Below are positions 45,981-56,002 of a stretch of 64,000 nt of DNA, one piece after another. The stretch comes from Candidatus Parcubacteria bacterium (GTDB taxonomy: Bacteria; Patescibacteriota; Minisyncoccia; Phycocordibacterales; PALSA-1337). The stretch is taken from the NCBI GenBank assembly GCA_039799225.1, contig JBDLTF010000002.1:36552-100551 (forward strand), in the 5' to 3' direction. A program made the translations under genes and the position numbers. Under the pieces are notes generated by a model. It saw only the letters and a program-made list of their open reading frames with translations. It searched no databases and was not told where the DNA came from. Positions within the stretch are counted from its first letter, which is position 1; each line of letters begins with the position of its first letter.

Positions 45981-46460
45981 ATGAATCTTTCCGATGTTAC
46001 CAATTCGTTGCAATCAGCGAAAACAACCGCGCTCATCCGCATATTAATCATCTTGTTTGTGCTCCTCGTTATATTCTGGATAGGTATCACCCTTGGCTGG
46101 CACAAAGCTGATTTCTCATATCGCTTCAGCGACAATTATTACCACTCATCCGGCGGAGATGCTGGCACACCCAATCCTAGTAGTCTGGTGAGTAGCCACG
46201 GTGCTGTAGGCAAAGTGCTCTCCATCAATCTTCCAACTATGATTGTGTCTGATGCAAACGGTATAGAAAAGAGTGTTCATATTTCAAATGACACTATTAT
46301 CCGTAGTGGACGAGGTGGAATAGCATCGACCACTATCACTGACAATGATTTCATTATTGTCATCGGCAATCCAGGAGTGAACGGTCAGATTACCGCTAAG
46401 CTCATTCGCGTCCTCCCTCCCGCACCGATACTTGCGACTACCTCAGTTTTGATCCCCTAG
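45981..46460 (+). CDS. membrane-anchored beta-rich hypothetical protein
   Basis: TM helix then HGAVGKVLSI...IIVIGNP...ITAKLIRV; third gene of the ECF unit. Confidence 0.7.
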   Translation: MNLSDVTNSLQSAKTTALIRILIILFVLLVIFWIGITLGWHKADFSYRFSDNYYHSSGGDAGTPNPSSLVSSHGAVGKVLSINLPTMIVSDANGIEKSVHISNDTIIRSGRGGIASTTITDNDFIIVIGNPGVNGQITAKLIRVLPPAPILATTSVLIP

Positions 46461-46481
46461 AACTTAGCTATAAACAAACGT

Positions 46482-46835
46482 TTAGTGCGCCTGAAGAGAA
46501 ACATCAACCACTGCCTCTTTTGGTCGTGAAGTGAATTTGCGTGCACCGATCAAGATTGAAATGGAACCAACAATATAGAGCACATAGAAGAATGCCTGAA
46601 GTGGAATTCCGTAGAGAAGCAAATCAAATCCCTGCTTTGCTTCATAGTTGATGAATGCTGCTAAGAGAACACCGATAGCGATAACGAACATGCCGAGCGC
46701 AATATATTTGAGTGAGCTCTGGAAAAGACGCAGGCGTGGGAATGATTCTGCCGAAAGAGAGATATATGCGGCAGTGATGACGCCGACGATGACTGCGACG
46801 AATATGAGAACGAGTTCGTATTGATCAGATGTCAT
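46482..46835 (-). CDS. three-TM hypothetical protein
   Basis: 117-aa hydrophobic ORF. Confidence 0.7.
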   Translation of the reverse strand: MTSDQYELVLIFVAVIVGVITAAYISLSAESFPRLRLFQSSLKYIALGMFVIAIGVLLAAFINYEAKQGFDLLLYGIPLQAFFYVLYIVGSISILIGARKFTSRPKEAVVDVSLQAH

Positions 46836-46872
46836 AGAGTTTTATTGATCACCCATAATTGGCATAATTATA

Positions 46873-47469
46873 TCATATCTTCTTCAAAAGATAGTTAAGG
46901 TATCTATTGTGACGAGTAGGAAAATGGTCGAAAAACACGATTTCGAAACCTGCTTCCTTGAAGCGAGTCTCTATTTCATCTCGCATGTAGTAGGCAAAAT
47001 AACGATCAGAAGTAACGCCTGAACTCTTCTTGTATCTTTCACCTTCGCCTTCTATCATTCCAACAACCAAGAAGCCACCACCCTTTATCACCCTCCTCGC
47101 TTCTATTAGTGCTTCTGGAAATAGTTTCTTTGGTATGTGCAAGAAGGATGTGTACGCCCAAGCACCATCGAATGATCCATCATCAAATGGAATATCCAAC
47201 AGATCACCTCGAACCGTATTCAATCCTCTTTTTTCGCATATATCCAACATCGACTGAGAAGCATCAAGGCAAACCAGCGAACACCCTTTCTCCTTGAGCA
47301 TCAATCCATCGCGTCCAGGTCCACAGCCAATATCGATAACCTTCCCTGTTCCAACCTTCTCAACGAAGGCATCTATAATCTTCGAGGGAAAAAGTTTCCA
47401 GAAATCCGTCGTCTCTGCATCGTACTCTTCCGCCATCTTATCGTAGGTATCTATGGTTTGCTGGTCCAT
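46873..47469 (-). CDS. class I SAM-dependent methyltransferase
   Basis: VIDIGCGPGRD, LDASQSML, FDGAWAYTSFLH. Confidence 0.9.
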   Translation of the reverse strand: MDQQTIDTYDKMAEEYDAETTDFWKLFPSKIIDAFVEKVGTGKVIDIGCGPGRDGLMLKEKGCSLVCLDASQSMLDICEKRGLNTVRGDLLDIPFDDGSFDGAWAYTSFLHIPKKLFPEALIEARRVIKGGGFLVVGMIEGEGERYKKSSGVTSDRYFAYYMRDEIETRFKEAGFEIVFFDHFPTRHNRYLNYLLKKI

Positions 47470-47478
47470 ATCCAGAGG

Positions 47479-48237
47479 TTACGCCTTTATTTTCGAGAAC
47501 AACCATGCGCCAATACTGACAAACACTACTATAAATGTCGCGAGTACTGCTGTGTCCATACCAAGGCCGAAATGGGATGTGCCGAGAAGAACCGCGCGCA
47601 GACCATCAACACCGTATGAAAGTGGATTGAGATTGACGAGGACTTTGATCGTTGCTGGCAAACTATCGATCGGGAAGAGTGCTCCTGACAAGAAGAATAT
47701 CGGCATAACCACAAAGTTTATGATGAGCTGAAAACCTTGCATATCTTCGAGTACTGAAGCTATAGCCGTACCAAGAGCTGTGAAAACGAGTGCGATACCA
47801 ATCATGAATGCAATGGCCATAGGGAGAGAAGCGAGCTCGGGGCGGAATCCGGCGATAACCGAAATAATGAGGACAGCAAGACCCTGGAAGCATGCGACTG
47901 TCGCACCACCAAGCGTTCTACCGAGCATGATCGAAAGACGAGGCACTGGAGCAACGAGAGTCTCCTTGAGGAATCCGAACTGACGATCCCAGATAATCTC
48001 AATGCCTGAGAAAATCGCGGTAAACAAGATGCCCATAGAAATAATACCTGGCGCAAGAAACTGGATATAGTTTCCTCCACCAGCCTTGGCATAGACGGGA
48101 CCGAGGCCAAATCCAAGAGCAACAAGGAAAAGAATCGGCTGACCGAGCGATCCGATGATGCGCGATTTGGACCTGAAGTAGCGCTTGATTTGGCGGAGCC
48201 ACAAAATATATATGATGTAGAACGTGTTTGATTTCAT
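47479..48237 (-). CDS. ABC-2 type exporter permease
   Basis: FLAPGII, WDRQFGFLKETLVAPV, FFLSGALFP, NPLSYGVDGLR. Confidence 0.92.
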   Translation of the reverse strand: MKSNTFYIIYILWLRQIKRYFRSKSRIIGSLGQPILFLVALGFGLGPVYAKAGGGNYIQFLAPGIISMGILFTAIFSGIEIIWDRQFGFLKETLVAPVPRLSIMLGRTLGGATVACFQGLAVLIISVIAGFRPELASLPMAIAFMIGIALVFTALGTAIASVLEDMQGFQLIINFVVMPIFFLSGALFPIDSLPATIKVLVNLNPLSYGVDGLRAVLLGTSHFGLGMDTAVLATFIVVFVSIGAWLFSKIKA

Positions 48238-48241
48238 GGGA

Positions 48242-49057
48242 TTATTTTCGGGAAGATCCGCGCCATACCTTACTCATCTGACGGAATCCATCGGCAGCAC
48301 TCGCTCCTTCGGCGCGGATAGTATGCCCCGTAAGCTTGATGAACGCCTCTTCGAGAGATGCGGTGCCCGCCTTGGCGATGATACCTTCGACTGTATCGAT
48401 CGCAACCATCTTTCCATGGTCGATAATAGCGACCGTATCAGCAGTCTTCTCGACCTCTTCCATGTAGTGAGTCGTGAAGAACACTGTTAGACCGCGCTCG
48501 ACATTGAGCTTCTTGATATACGACCAGATATGATTGCGTGTCTGCGGATCGAGACCAACAGTTGGTTCATCGAGGAAAAGTACCGATGGAGTATGGAGGA
48601 GTGCGCGAGCAATTTCGAGACGACGCTTCATACCTCCTGAGAATGTCTTGGCGAGACTATCCTTGCGATCCCAAAGCTCGACGAATTCGAGAAGTTCCTT
48701 GATCTTCGTAGGTGTCTCCGCACGTGGCACACCATAGAGTCCTGCATGGAAGAACATGTTCTCATATGCAGTGAGCTCATCATCAAGCGATGGATCCTGG
48801 AATACGATACCAAATGAACGACGTACGTCATGAGAATGCTTGGCAGGATCAAATCCGTTGACGCTGATGGTTCCAGCAGTCGGATGCACGAGAGTAGTGA
48901 GCATCTTGATAGTCGTAGTCTTACCTGCTCCATTGGGACCGAGGAATGCGAACGTACTCCCTGCAGGAACATCGAAGGTGATGTCATTCACGGCAGTGAA
49001 ATCGCCATATTTTTTGACGAGATTCTTGACGGAAATGCGATGGTTTTCTGTGCTCAT
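48242..49057 (-). CDS. ABC exporter ATP-binding protein (DrrA-like)
   Basis: GPNGAGKTT, FSGGMKRR, LFLDEPT, TTHYMEE. Confidence 0.95.
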   Translation of the reverse strand: MSTENHRISVKNLVKKYGDFTAVNDITFDVPAGSTFAFLGPNGAGKTTTIKMLTTLVHPTAGTISVNGFDPAKHSHDVRRSFGIVFQDPSLDDELTAYENMFFHAGLYGVPRAETPTKIKELLEFVELWDRKDSLAKTFSGGMKRRLEIARALLHTPSVLFLDEPTVGLDPQTRNHIWSYIKKLNVERGLTVFFTTHYMEEVEKTADTVAIIDHGKMVAIDTVEGIIAKAGTASLEEAFIKLTGHTIRAEGASAADGFRQMSKVWRGSSRK

Positions 49058-49121
49058 AGGTAGATATACTACCATAGAGGCCATTTTGGTGCGATTTATC
49101 TTAGTTTTGAAGGAAAATCCA

Positions 49122-50747
49122 CTACTTCACAATCTTTCCCACCGCTTGATCCCACGTCGTCCCTACCTTCTTGCCTGGATTGAATATATTCTGAGGATCC
49201 CAAATCTTCTTGGTTTTTTCGAAAAGTGCATAAACTTCTTCACCAAACTGCATCTTCACAAATGGCGTACGAATAAGTCCATCGTTGTGCTCTGCGGTAA
49301 TAGTTCCACCAAATTCATGGACAAGTTCATAAACTTTAATTGAAAGCTCCCTGATAACATCATGCGAATGTTGTTCGTGGAGATTCATGAGCGGAATGAT
49401 ATGGAAATTTCCATCACCAATGTGACCTGCGATAGTGTAGGTGAGCTTATATCCGTCGAGAATAGTGTAGAGCTTCGGTAAGAATTCAGGGAGCTTGGCA
49501 GGAAGCACTGCGAAATCATCGATGAATGGTGCTGTACGCAATTCCTTCACATGGTGACGCAACATGTTGAAACTCTCGCGACGCATCGTCCAATACTTAT
49601 GTGCATCATCTTCAGTCTTAGTGACGCGTGACTTCTCATGGAGATCCTTGAGCGAAACCTTCGCCTCCTCAGCCATCTTCACTGCTTCTTCAGGAGTTTC
49701 TGCGGTAAATTCCGCCATAAGAATAAGCTTGGGAACACCACCGGTAAGAACTGCGAATACTTCAGGGATGAAGCTCAATCCGAACTTGAATATGTTGCCA
49801 CCCATCTGACGAATGAGCTGGGGCAAGAATTTAACCGCAATTTTAAACGTATGATCATCGAAAGACTCGAAAGATTCTGGCTTGAATTTCAAGACATGCT
49901 CAGCAGTCTCAGCGAGCTGTTTCAAGTCTTTCAAGAAAACAACAAGAAGACGCGAATATTTCTTGGGCTTCACGAGCGCAAATTCAATTTCAGTTATCAG
50001 GCCAAGTGTTCCCTGTGAACCAACAATGAGCTTGGTGAGGTCGAATGTCTTGGCTTTGGCATCTTGTATATTCCAGAGATAGTAGCCGCAGGAATTCTTC
50101 GACACCTGCGGGCGCGCTTTCTCAATGATGTCTGCATTATTCGTCAGAAGTTCATCCATAGCGCGATAGACCCCTCCTTCAAATGTATTGAGTTTCTTCT
50201 TAGCTTCAAGCTCCTTCTTGGTGAGCGGCTTGAACTCGTATTCATTGCCATCTGCGCACACCATCTTGAGACGACGAATATAACGCTCTGTCTTGCCATA
50301 GGTCAGTGTCTTCTCTCCGCCAGAATTGTTGGCGACCATACCACCCACGGTGCAGATTTCGCGTGATGCAGGATAGCTCGGCATGATGTATCCGGACTCG
50401 AGAGTAGCCTTGTCGAAAATACGATAGTACACGCCGGGTTGAGTCACTGCGTATCCGTCACCAATTTTCTTGACCTGATCGAAATATTTCAAGAAATCTA
50501 CGACGATTGATGTTGTGAGTGGACCACCCGACATATCAGTACCACCCGAGCGTGCAGCAAGATGGACACCCTGATATTCTGTGGCGAACTTCACCAGACT
50601 CTTCACGTCTTCAACATTCTTGGGACGAACGACTACTTCAGGTTTAATTTCAAAAATACTCGCATCATGACTGGCAAACTCGAGCGCGTCGGCAGAGGCA
50701 TCGACGTCGCCATGAATAAGTGACTTGAGCTTCGCAAGATCTATCAT
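49122..50747 (-). CDS. FAD-binding oxidoreductase (GlcD/D-2-hydroxyacid dehydrogenase family)
   Basis: ARSGGTDMSG, TVGGMVANNSGG, GSQGTLG, GHIGDGNFH, AEHNDG, DPQNIFNPGK. Confidence 0.9.
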   Translation of the reverse strand: MIDLAKLKSLIHGDVDASADALEFASHDASIFEIKPEVVVRPKNVEDVKSLVKFATEYQGVHLAARSGGTDMSGGPLTTSIVVDFLKYFDQVKKIGDGYAVTQPGVYYRIFDKATLESGYIMPSYPASREICTVGGMVANNSGGEKTLTYGKTERYIRRLKMVCADGNEYEFKPLTKKELEAKKKLNTFEGGVYRAMDELLTNNADIIEKARPQVSKNSCGYYLWNIQDAKAKTFDLTKLIVGSQGTLGLITEIEFALVKPKKYSRLLVVFLKDLKQLAETAEHVLKFKPESFESFDDHTFKIAVKFLPQLIRQMGGNIFKFGLSFIPEVFAVLTGGVPKLILMAEFTAETPEEAVKMAEEAKVSLKDLHEKSRVTKTEDDAHKYWTMRRESFNMLRHHVKELRTAPFIDDFAVLPAKLPEFLPKLYTILDGYKLTYTIAGHIGDGNFHIIPLMNLHEQHSHDVIRELSIKVYELVHEFGGTITAEHNDGLIRTPFVKMQFGEEVYALFEKTKKIWDPQNIFNPGKKVGTTWDQAVGKIVK

Positions 50748-50771
50748 GGAACAAGTATACCGTATTCATCG

Positions 50772-51167
50772 CTAATTCTGAAAATCAACATCGAATCCGT
50801 ACATGCCCATAGAACAAGTACCTTTCAATATTCCTGGTGTCGAAGTACCAATCGGTATATCGAGCGTACCTGTCATAGAGAGGTTCTCACCAAGACCGAG
50901 ACTTGGGATACGGACGGCGATAGAACAATCGAATGTACCAGATGTGGTGAAGCGTAGAACTGTCGGTATGCCCGCCTTGGCAACCGTCGATCGTGGCTCA
51001 TATCCACCTTTGACCTTGATATCGATAATTTGCACACCATCGACGACGGAGACGTTGTCTCGAGAAGGTGTTCCGGTCGTAGTCGATCCAGATCGGCTTC
51101 CGGCGAACCACAATGCACCTCCGATGAGGATAAGTGCAAATATGGTGGATGATATGGTCGTCTTCAT
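50772..51167 (-). CDS. cupredoxin-domain protein
   Basis: GGYEP, KAGIP, FDCS, GTCSMGMY. Confidence 0.85.
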   Translation of the reverse strand: MKTTISSTIFALILIGGALWFAGSRSGSTTTGTPSRDNVSVVDGVQIIDIKVKGGYEPRSTVAKAGIPTVLRFTTSGTFDCSIAVRIPSLGLGENLSMTGTLDIPIGTSTPGILKGTCSMGMYGFDVDFQN

Positions 51168-51204
51168 ATGATAATTATATGTTATATTTCAACACTTCGT
51201 AGAT

Positions 51205-52248
51205 TTAGAAGTTGAAAATCGGTGGAATAAATCCAATCGCTGTAAGGCTATTGATCAAGTTGAAGAGTGCGAACAAAATAACTATAAGCCCTGCTGACTT
51301 GAAGAAGATGCCTGCGCGTGAGCTCTTCTGTACACTGAATGAACTGAAACTTACCAAGGCAAGCACCGGTAAAGTTCCGAGCGCGAATGCGAGCATAGTC
51401 AACCCTCCAGACATGAAACTTCCCGTCGTGAGCGTATAGAGTTGCATCGACTGGGTAAATCCGCATGGCAAAAAGAAGGTAGCGACTCCAACTAGTGCGG
51501 GTGTCAAAGTATGATTGAACCTCGAAACACCATGAGCATGTCGTGCGATAAATTTTGGCATTGCAGGCTGAAGTTTCTTCGCCCACGGAAACACCTCAAG
51601 CAGGTTGATACCAAGAATGAGCATAACGAGACCAATAATAAGACTCAATACGAAGGTAGCCGTGCTCGAAAGAGTGAAGGCCGATCCGAGCGCTCCAATG
51701 ACCCCACCAAAAATGAAGAATGCAACGATACGTGCAAGATGGAACATGATCTGTGGACGTGTACGATCGCCCTCCTTCGCAAATGTTGCCGACATGGAGA
51801 GTAGAAGACCTCCAACGACAGCCATACACGTCGAGAGTGATGCAATAATACCGATGGTGAAGGCAGTGCCGTAGGTGACGCTACCTGCATCAACAAGATT
51901 GATCAGTCCTATTTTCTGCAAAACAATGAAGAGTACCACAAAACCAAGCGCAACGGGGATGGCGATCTTGAAGTCAGACCACTTCTTGGTCACTTCCTGT
52001 TTTTCGAGAGAAAGAGTATACCCGCGTGGTTTGAGCGAAAGAGTCAATTCGGCGGCAATCTGCTCCGGCGTCTTATCACCGAAATCCCCCGTCACCTCAA
52101 CACTATTCTTGGACAAATCAGCTGAGACGCTCGAGACGTTTGCCAAGTCACCAAGCTCACTTTCGATCATGAGGGTACAGGCATTGCAATGCATGCCATG
52201 TACATGAAATAGATATTTATTGGTCTGTTTTGTATTTGGAATAGTCAT
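51205..52248 (-). CDS. HMA-domain plus DsbD_2/TauE-like membrane protein
   Basis: GMHCNAC, STCMAVVGG, FFLPCGFTQSM, FALGTLP. Confidence 0.88.
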   Translation of the reverse strand: MTIPNTKQTNKYLFHVHGMHCNACTLMIESELGDLANVSSVSADLSKNSVEVTGDFGDKTPEQIAAELTLSLKPRGYTLSLEKQEVTKKWSDFKIAIPVALGFVVLFIVLQKIGLINLVDAGSVTYGTAFTIGIIASLSTCMAVVGGLLLSMSATFAKEGDRTRPQIMFHLARIVAFFIFGGVIGALGSAFTLSSTATFVLSLIIGLVMLILGINLLEVFPWAKKLQPAMPKFIARHAHGVSRFNHTLTPALVGVATFFLPCGFTQSMQLYTLTTGSFMSGGLTMLAFALGTLPVLALVSFSSFSVQKSSRAGIFFKSAGLIVILFALFNLINSLTAIGFIPPIFNF

Positions 52249-52266
52249 ATAAATAGTAGATGTATC

Positions 52267-54570
52267 TTATAATCTCTTGCCTTTGATGCGGAGTGAATTG
52301 CCGACGACTGAGACGCTCGACATCGCCATCGCAAATCCCGCGAATACTGGTGACAGCAGCCATCCGAAAACTGGATAGAACGCTCCAGCGGCAAGTGGGA
52401 TACCTACGATATTGTAAATGAACGCCCAGAAGAGATTTTGCTTAATTCCACGCATAGTAATCTTGGAGAGTCTGATAGCCTTGACCAGCTTGGAGATATC
52501 ACCGCCGAGAAGCGTGATGCCCGCTGACTCGATAGCAACATCGGTACCCGTCCCCATAGCAATACCAACATCTGCTTGCGCGAGTGCAGGAGCATCATTG
52601 ACACCATCACCTGCCATCGCGACGATGCGACCCTGAGACTGGAGCTCTCGTATCTTCGCGAGCTTGTCCTGCGGAAGAACATGCGCAACCACATCATCGA
52701 TACCGACGAGCGAAGCCATGTGTTTTGCAGCTCTCTCATCATCGCCAGTAAGCATAACGACCTTAATACCGAGCTTGTGAAGATCGGCTACGGCCTGTTT
52801 TGATTCTGATTTTATCTCATCAGCAACCATGGCAAACCCAAGAACCTTTTCCGTGGTCGCCAACATAACAGGTGTCTTCCCTTGCGCAGTAAATTGCGTA
52901 ATGCTTGATTCATCAAATGAGAGACCGAGATCATTCATCAACTTCACGTTTCCGATGAAATATTTGACGCCGTCGATGGAACCTGTGAGTCCTTTGCCTT
53001 GAATACTTTCGAAACCTGAAACGTCATTCAAACGAATACTTTTCTGATTGGCATACTCAACGATAGCGTGCGCAATCGGATGCTCAGACTTCTTCTCGAG
53101 AGAAGCGAGAATAGATACAAATTCTGATTCACCAAATCCAGGACGAGCGCCGCCTACAATCTCGATGTCCACAAGCGTCGGCTTGCCGATAGTGATCGTC
53201 CCTGTCTTGTCGACAATAACCGTATCTACTTTGTGCAGTTTCTCAAGTGTTGCGGCATCCTTTATGAGAATACCCTCCTTCGCACCCTTACCAACACCAA
53301 CAATGATAGCCGTGGGCGTCGCGAGACCAAGAGCACACGGACATGCGATAACTAGAATACCGACGAACGATACAAGTCCGAAGGAAAGAGCTTGAGAAAA
53401 TCCGAGTGGACCCGTACCGAGCACCAACCATGCACCAAACGTAACAAACGCAATCACGAGAACAATAGGAACAAAAACGCCTGAAATCTTATCTGCAAGA
53501 GCTTGTATCGGCGCCTTACTACCCTGTGCATCCTCCACCATCTTGATGATCTGTGCGAGAAGCGTCTCGGAACCAACTTTGGTCGCCTTGAATGTGAACG
53601 AGCCACTCGTGTTCAACGTTCCCGACACGACAGTACTGCCAATCTTCTTCTGCACAGGCATAGGCTCGCCGGTGACCATAGACTCGTCAATAAATGATGA
53701 TCCTTCAGTTATCACCCCGTCCACCGGAATCTTCATGCCCGGCTTCACGATGACGAGATCACCATGCTTCACCTCATTCACCGAGATTTCAATTTCTTTT
53801 CCATCACGAACGACGAGAGCAGTCTTGGCCTGCATATTGAGAAGCTTCTCGATAGCGTCGCCTGTCTTGATTTTGGATCGTGCCTCGAGATATTTACCAA
53901 GTGCAATGAAGGTAATGACGACAATCGTGACATCATAATAGGTATAGTCGACATTGATGAATGGACGCAAAACATCCTCGAACGCAGTGACTGCAAAGCT
54001 ATACAAGAATGCTGCCGTCGTACCGATACCGATAAGTGTATCCATGTTTGCTTTGCCATACCGAAGGAAACGATAGAAACCAAGAAGGTATGGTTTCCCT
54101 ACAACGAAAAGTGTATACGCAGCCATTATCGGCAATAAGTGGTGAAAAAAATCATCAATACCCGGACTCATTTCAGCGGCAATACCATATTCTGCGAGCA
54201 TATCCCATGCCATGATGAAAATACTGATGAATGCGAGAGGGATCGCCGACAAGACTTTCAAACGCATATCCGCAACTTCCGCGAGCTTATCTTTCTTGGA
54301 CTGACCGACACCAAGATGTGCTGCGTGCTCATCTGACGACATACCCATTTCTTCAGCAGACAAGGAATATCCAAGCTTCTCTATTTTTCCCGAGAGCTCC
54401 TGCACACTCGTCTTCGATGAATCAAATGCAATCTTCGCCTTCTCTGTTCCGTAATTCACCTCGACAGAGTGTACACCATCAACCTTCTTGAAGGTCTTCT
54501 CGATGATGCCTGCACACGAGGCGCAATGCATTCCTTTCACCGCATATGTTTTTGTAGTAGAGGTATTCAT
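52267..54570 (-). CDS. copA: copper-translocating P1B-type ATPase
   Basis: GMHCASC, TGE, ACPCALGLATP, DKTGT, SEHP, GDGVNDAP, YN and MAMSS Cu(I) ligands. Confidence 0.95.
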   Translation of the reverse strand: MNTSTTKTYAVKGMHCASCAGIIEKTFKKVDGVHSVEVNYGTEKAKIAFDSSKTSVQELSGKIEKLGYSLSAEEMGMSSDEHAAHLGVGQSKKDKLAEVADMRLKVLSAIPLAFISIFIMAWDMLAEYGIAAEMSPGIDDFFHHLLPIMAAYTLFVVGKPYLLGFYRFLRYGKANMDTLIGIGTTAAFLYSFAVTAFEDVLRPFINVDYTYYDVTIVVITFIALGKYLEARSKIKTGDAIEKLLNMQAKTALVVRDGKEIEISVNEVKHGDLVIVKPGMKIPVDGVITEGSSFIDESMVTGEPMPVQKKIGSTVVSGTLNTSGSFTFKATKVGSETLLAQIIKMVEDAQGSKAPIQALADKISGVFVPIVLVIAFVTFGAWLVLGTGPLGFSQALSFGLVSFVGILVIACPCALGLATPTAIIVGVGKGAKEGILIKDAATLEKLHKVDTVIVDKTGTITIGKPTLVDIEIVGGARPGFGESEFVSILASLEKKSEHPIAHAIVEYANQKSIRLNDVSGFESIQGKGLTGSIDGVKYFIGNVKLMNDLGLSFDESSITQFTAQGKTPVMLATTEKVLGFAMVADEIKSESKQAVADLHKLGIKVVMLTGDDERAAKHMASLVGIDDVVAHVLPQDKLAKIRELQSQGRIVAMAGDGVNDAPALAQADVGIAMGTGTDVAIESAGITLLGGDISKLVKAIRLSKITMRGIKQNLFWAFIYNIVGIPLAAGAFYPVFGWLLSPVFAGFAMAMSSVSVVGNSLRIKGKRL

Positions 54571-54585
54571 AGGGTTTATAAATGA

Positions 54586-54861
54586 TTATTTACGCTTGAG
54601 TCGATACACCTTGAGGATCTCGTCGATCGCTGTACCCTGCTCGCCCTTCTTCATCTGATGGACGACACACGTACCGAGATGACTCTCCATAAGTGCGTCC
54701 TCAACTCCTGAGAGCGCCTGCTTGACGGCTGATGTCTGAGTGATGATATCAATACAGTATTCCTCCTTGGCGAGCATATCCTGGAGTCCGCGGACTTGTC
54801 CTTCTATGATCTTGAGGCGACGAATAAGTCGCTGGTTCGATTTTGATGATGGTGTTTTCAT
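54586..54861 (-). CDS. csoR: CsoR/RcnR family metal-sensing repressor
   Basis: RRLKIIEGQVRGL, YCIDIITQ, HLGTC (C-H-C ligands); first gene of the copA operon. Confidence 0.9.
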   Translation of the reverse strand: MKTPSSKSNQRLIRRLKIIEGQVRGLQDMLAKEEYCIDIITQTSAVKQALSGVEDALMESHLGTCVVHQMKKGEQGTAIDEILKVYRLKRK

Positions 54862-54867
54862 GCGTCT

Positions 54868-54895
54868 AGTATATACCCCCTAGGGGTATTGTCAA
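54868..54895 (-). promoter_or_regulatory. csoR promoter with CsoR operator in the spacer
   Basis: TTGACA-N16-TATACT; ATACCCC-CTA-GGGGTAT inverted repeat at 54873-54889. Confidence 0.85.
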
Positions 54896-55006
54896 GAATC
54901 ATTCTGGGGATAGGGGAATCACTAAATTAAGGTGCTGAGTGGATACCATCTTGACTTCATACACGAACGGCGTAGCATTATCGGCAGAAACAACCAAAGG
55001 AAATCT

Positions 55007-55450
55007 ATGGAAATATGCACTACGGAATTCTCCGTGGCGCGAGCCATGGAACTCTATGACCTCCTCAAGGAGAAACAAAAAGAATATTTCATTCGCATCA
55101 AAGGAACGGAATTATCATGGGATAGTTCGTGGCGCAAGATTGATCTCTTAGCCAGACATGACGGAGACACTGACTTCCGCCTCTTGTATTACAAGTTCGT
55201 CATAATTTCAATCCTCGTCATGGCGTCCGAGAAGTACCCACAAAAGGTCCAGGAGGATGATCCTTATGTGGAAGATGTTGTGGGTGCGCGACTCATTGGT
55301 GTCGATCTCTCCCATGCACTCTGCCGCAATCTTGAGATTGAAACATTCAATAGGGCCTGCAATGTCATCTCGGACTACCTATCAGGTAAACTAGAACTCA
55401 AATCGAGCGGACCCATTCCGACCGAACCACAGAACTTAGCGACCGTATAG
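55007..55450 (+). CDS. hypothetical protein (ORFan cassette)
   Basis: TTGACT-N16-TAGCAT at 54951-54978, AAAGGA SD-like sequence, terminator CAGAGCATC...GATGCTCTG then T-tract. Confidence 0.65.
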   Translation: MEICTTEFSVARAMELYDLLKEKQKEYFIRIKGTELSWDSSWRKIDLLARHDGDTDFRLLYYKFVIISILVMASEKYPQKVQEDDPYVEDVVGARLIGVDLSHALCRNLEIETFNRACNVISDYLSGKLELKSSGPIPTEPQNLATV

Positions 55451-55517
55451 CACCAGAGCATCCCCTTTCGGAGATGCTCTGCTTTTTTGTATGTGATTCG
55501 AACCGATCGAATAGCGA

Positions 55518-55904
55518 CTAGAACGCTGAGTAAACCCAAGGCATCGCGATAGCCATGGTCATGAGAGCTGCTGCAGCCAAAGCCATGTTCTTCTCGAAGT
55601 TGATCCTCTCTCCCATGCGCATCATAGGATCCTGAACCTTCCAGAAATCATGCATCTTGACCGACACTGGCACGAGGAAGGCGATGATAGCCACTGCTCC
55701 CCAGACTGTCCAGACACCAAGAATCATCGACAAACCACCGAAGGCGAGCAATACACCTGATCCGATGATTGCGAGCTTAGGAGACTTAACTCCCTTGGAC
55801 TGCGCATATCCGATGAGATGTGCCGACTTGAAGATGTGGTTGTATGCATTCTTGAGGAAGTATCCCCCGAAAATGATGCGACCGATAAGGAATGCTATTT
55901 CCAT
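55518..55904 (-). CDS. DoxX family membrane protein
   Basis: LIGRIIFGGYF, GGLSMILG, MHDFWK, FEKNMAL. Confidence 0.88.
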   Translation of the reverse strand: MEIAFLIGRIIFGGYFLKNAYNHIFKSAHLIGYAQSKGVKSPKLAIIGSGVLLAFGGLSMILGVWTVWGAVAIIAFLVPVSVKMHDFWKVQDPMMRMGERINFEKNMALAAAALMTMAIAMPWVYSAF

Positions 55905-56002
55905 AAATGTGTTCGTATATATGTTAAAACGACCCTTGGTAATGTGGAGTGAGTATAACAAAAAATGCCCTTTAAGGGCATTTTTTGAAATCGATTATAT
56001 TT

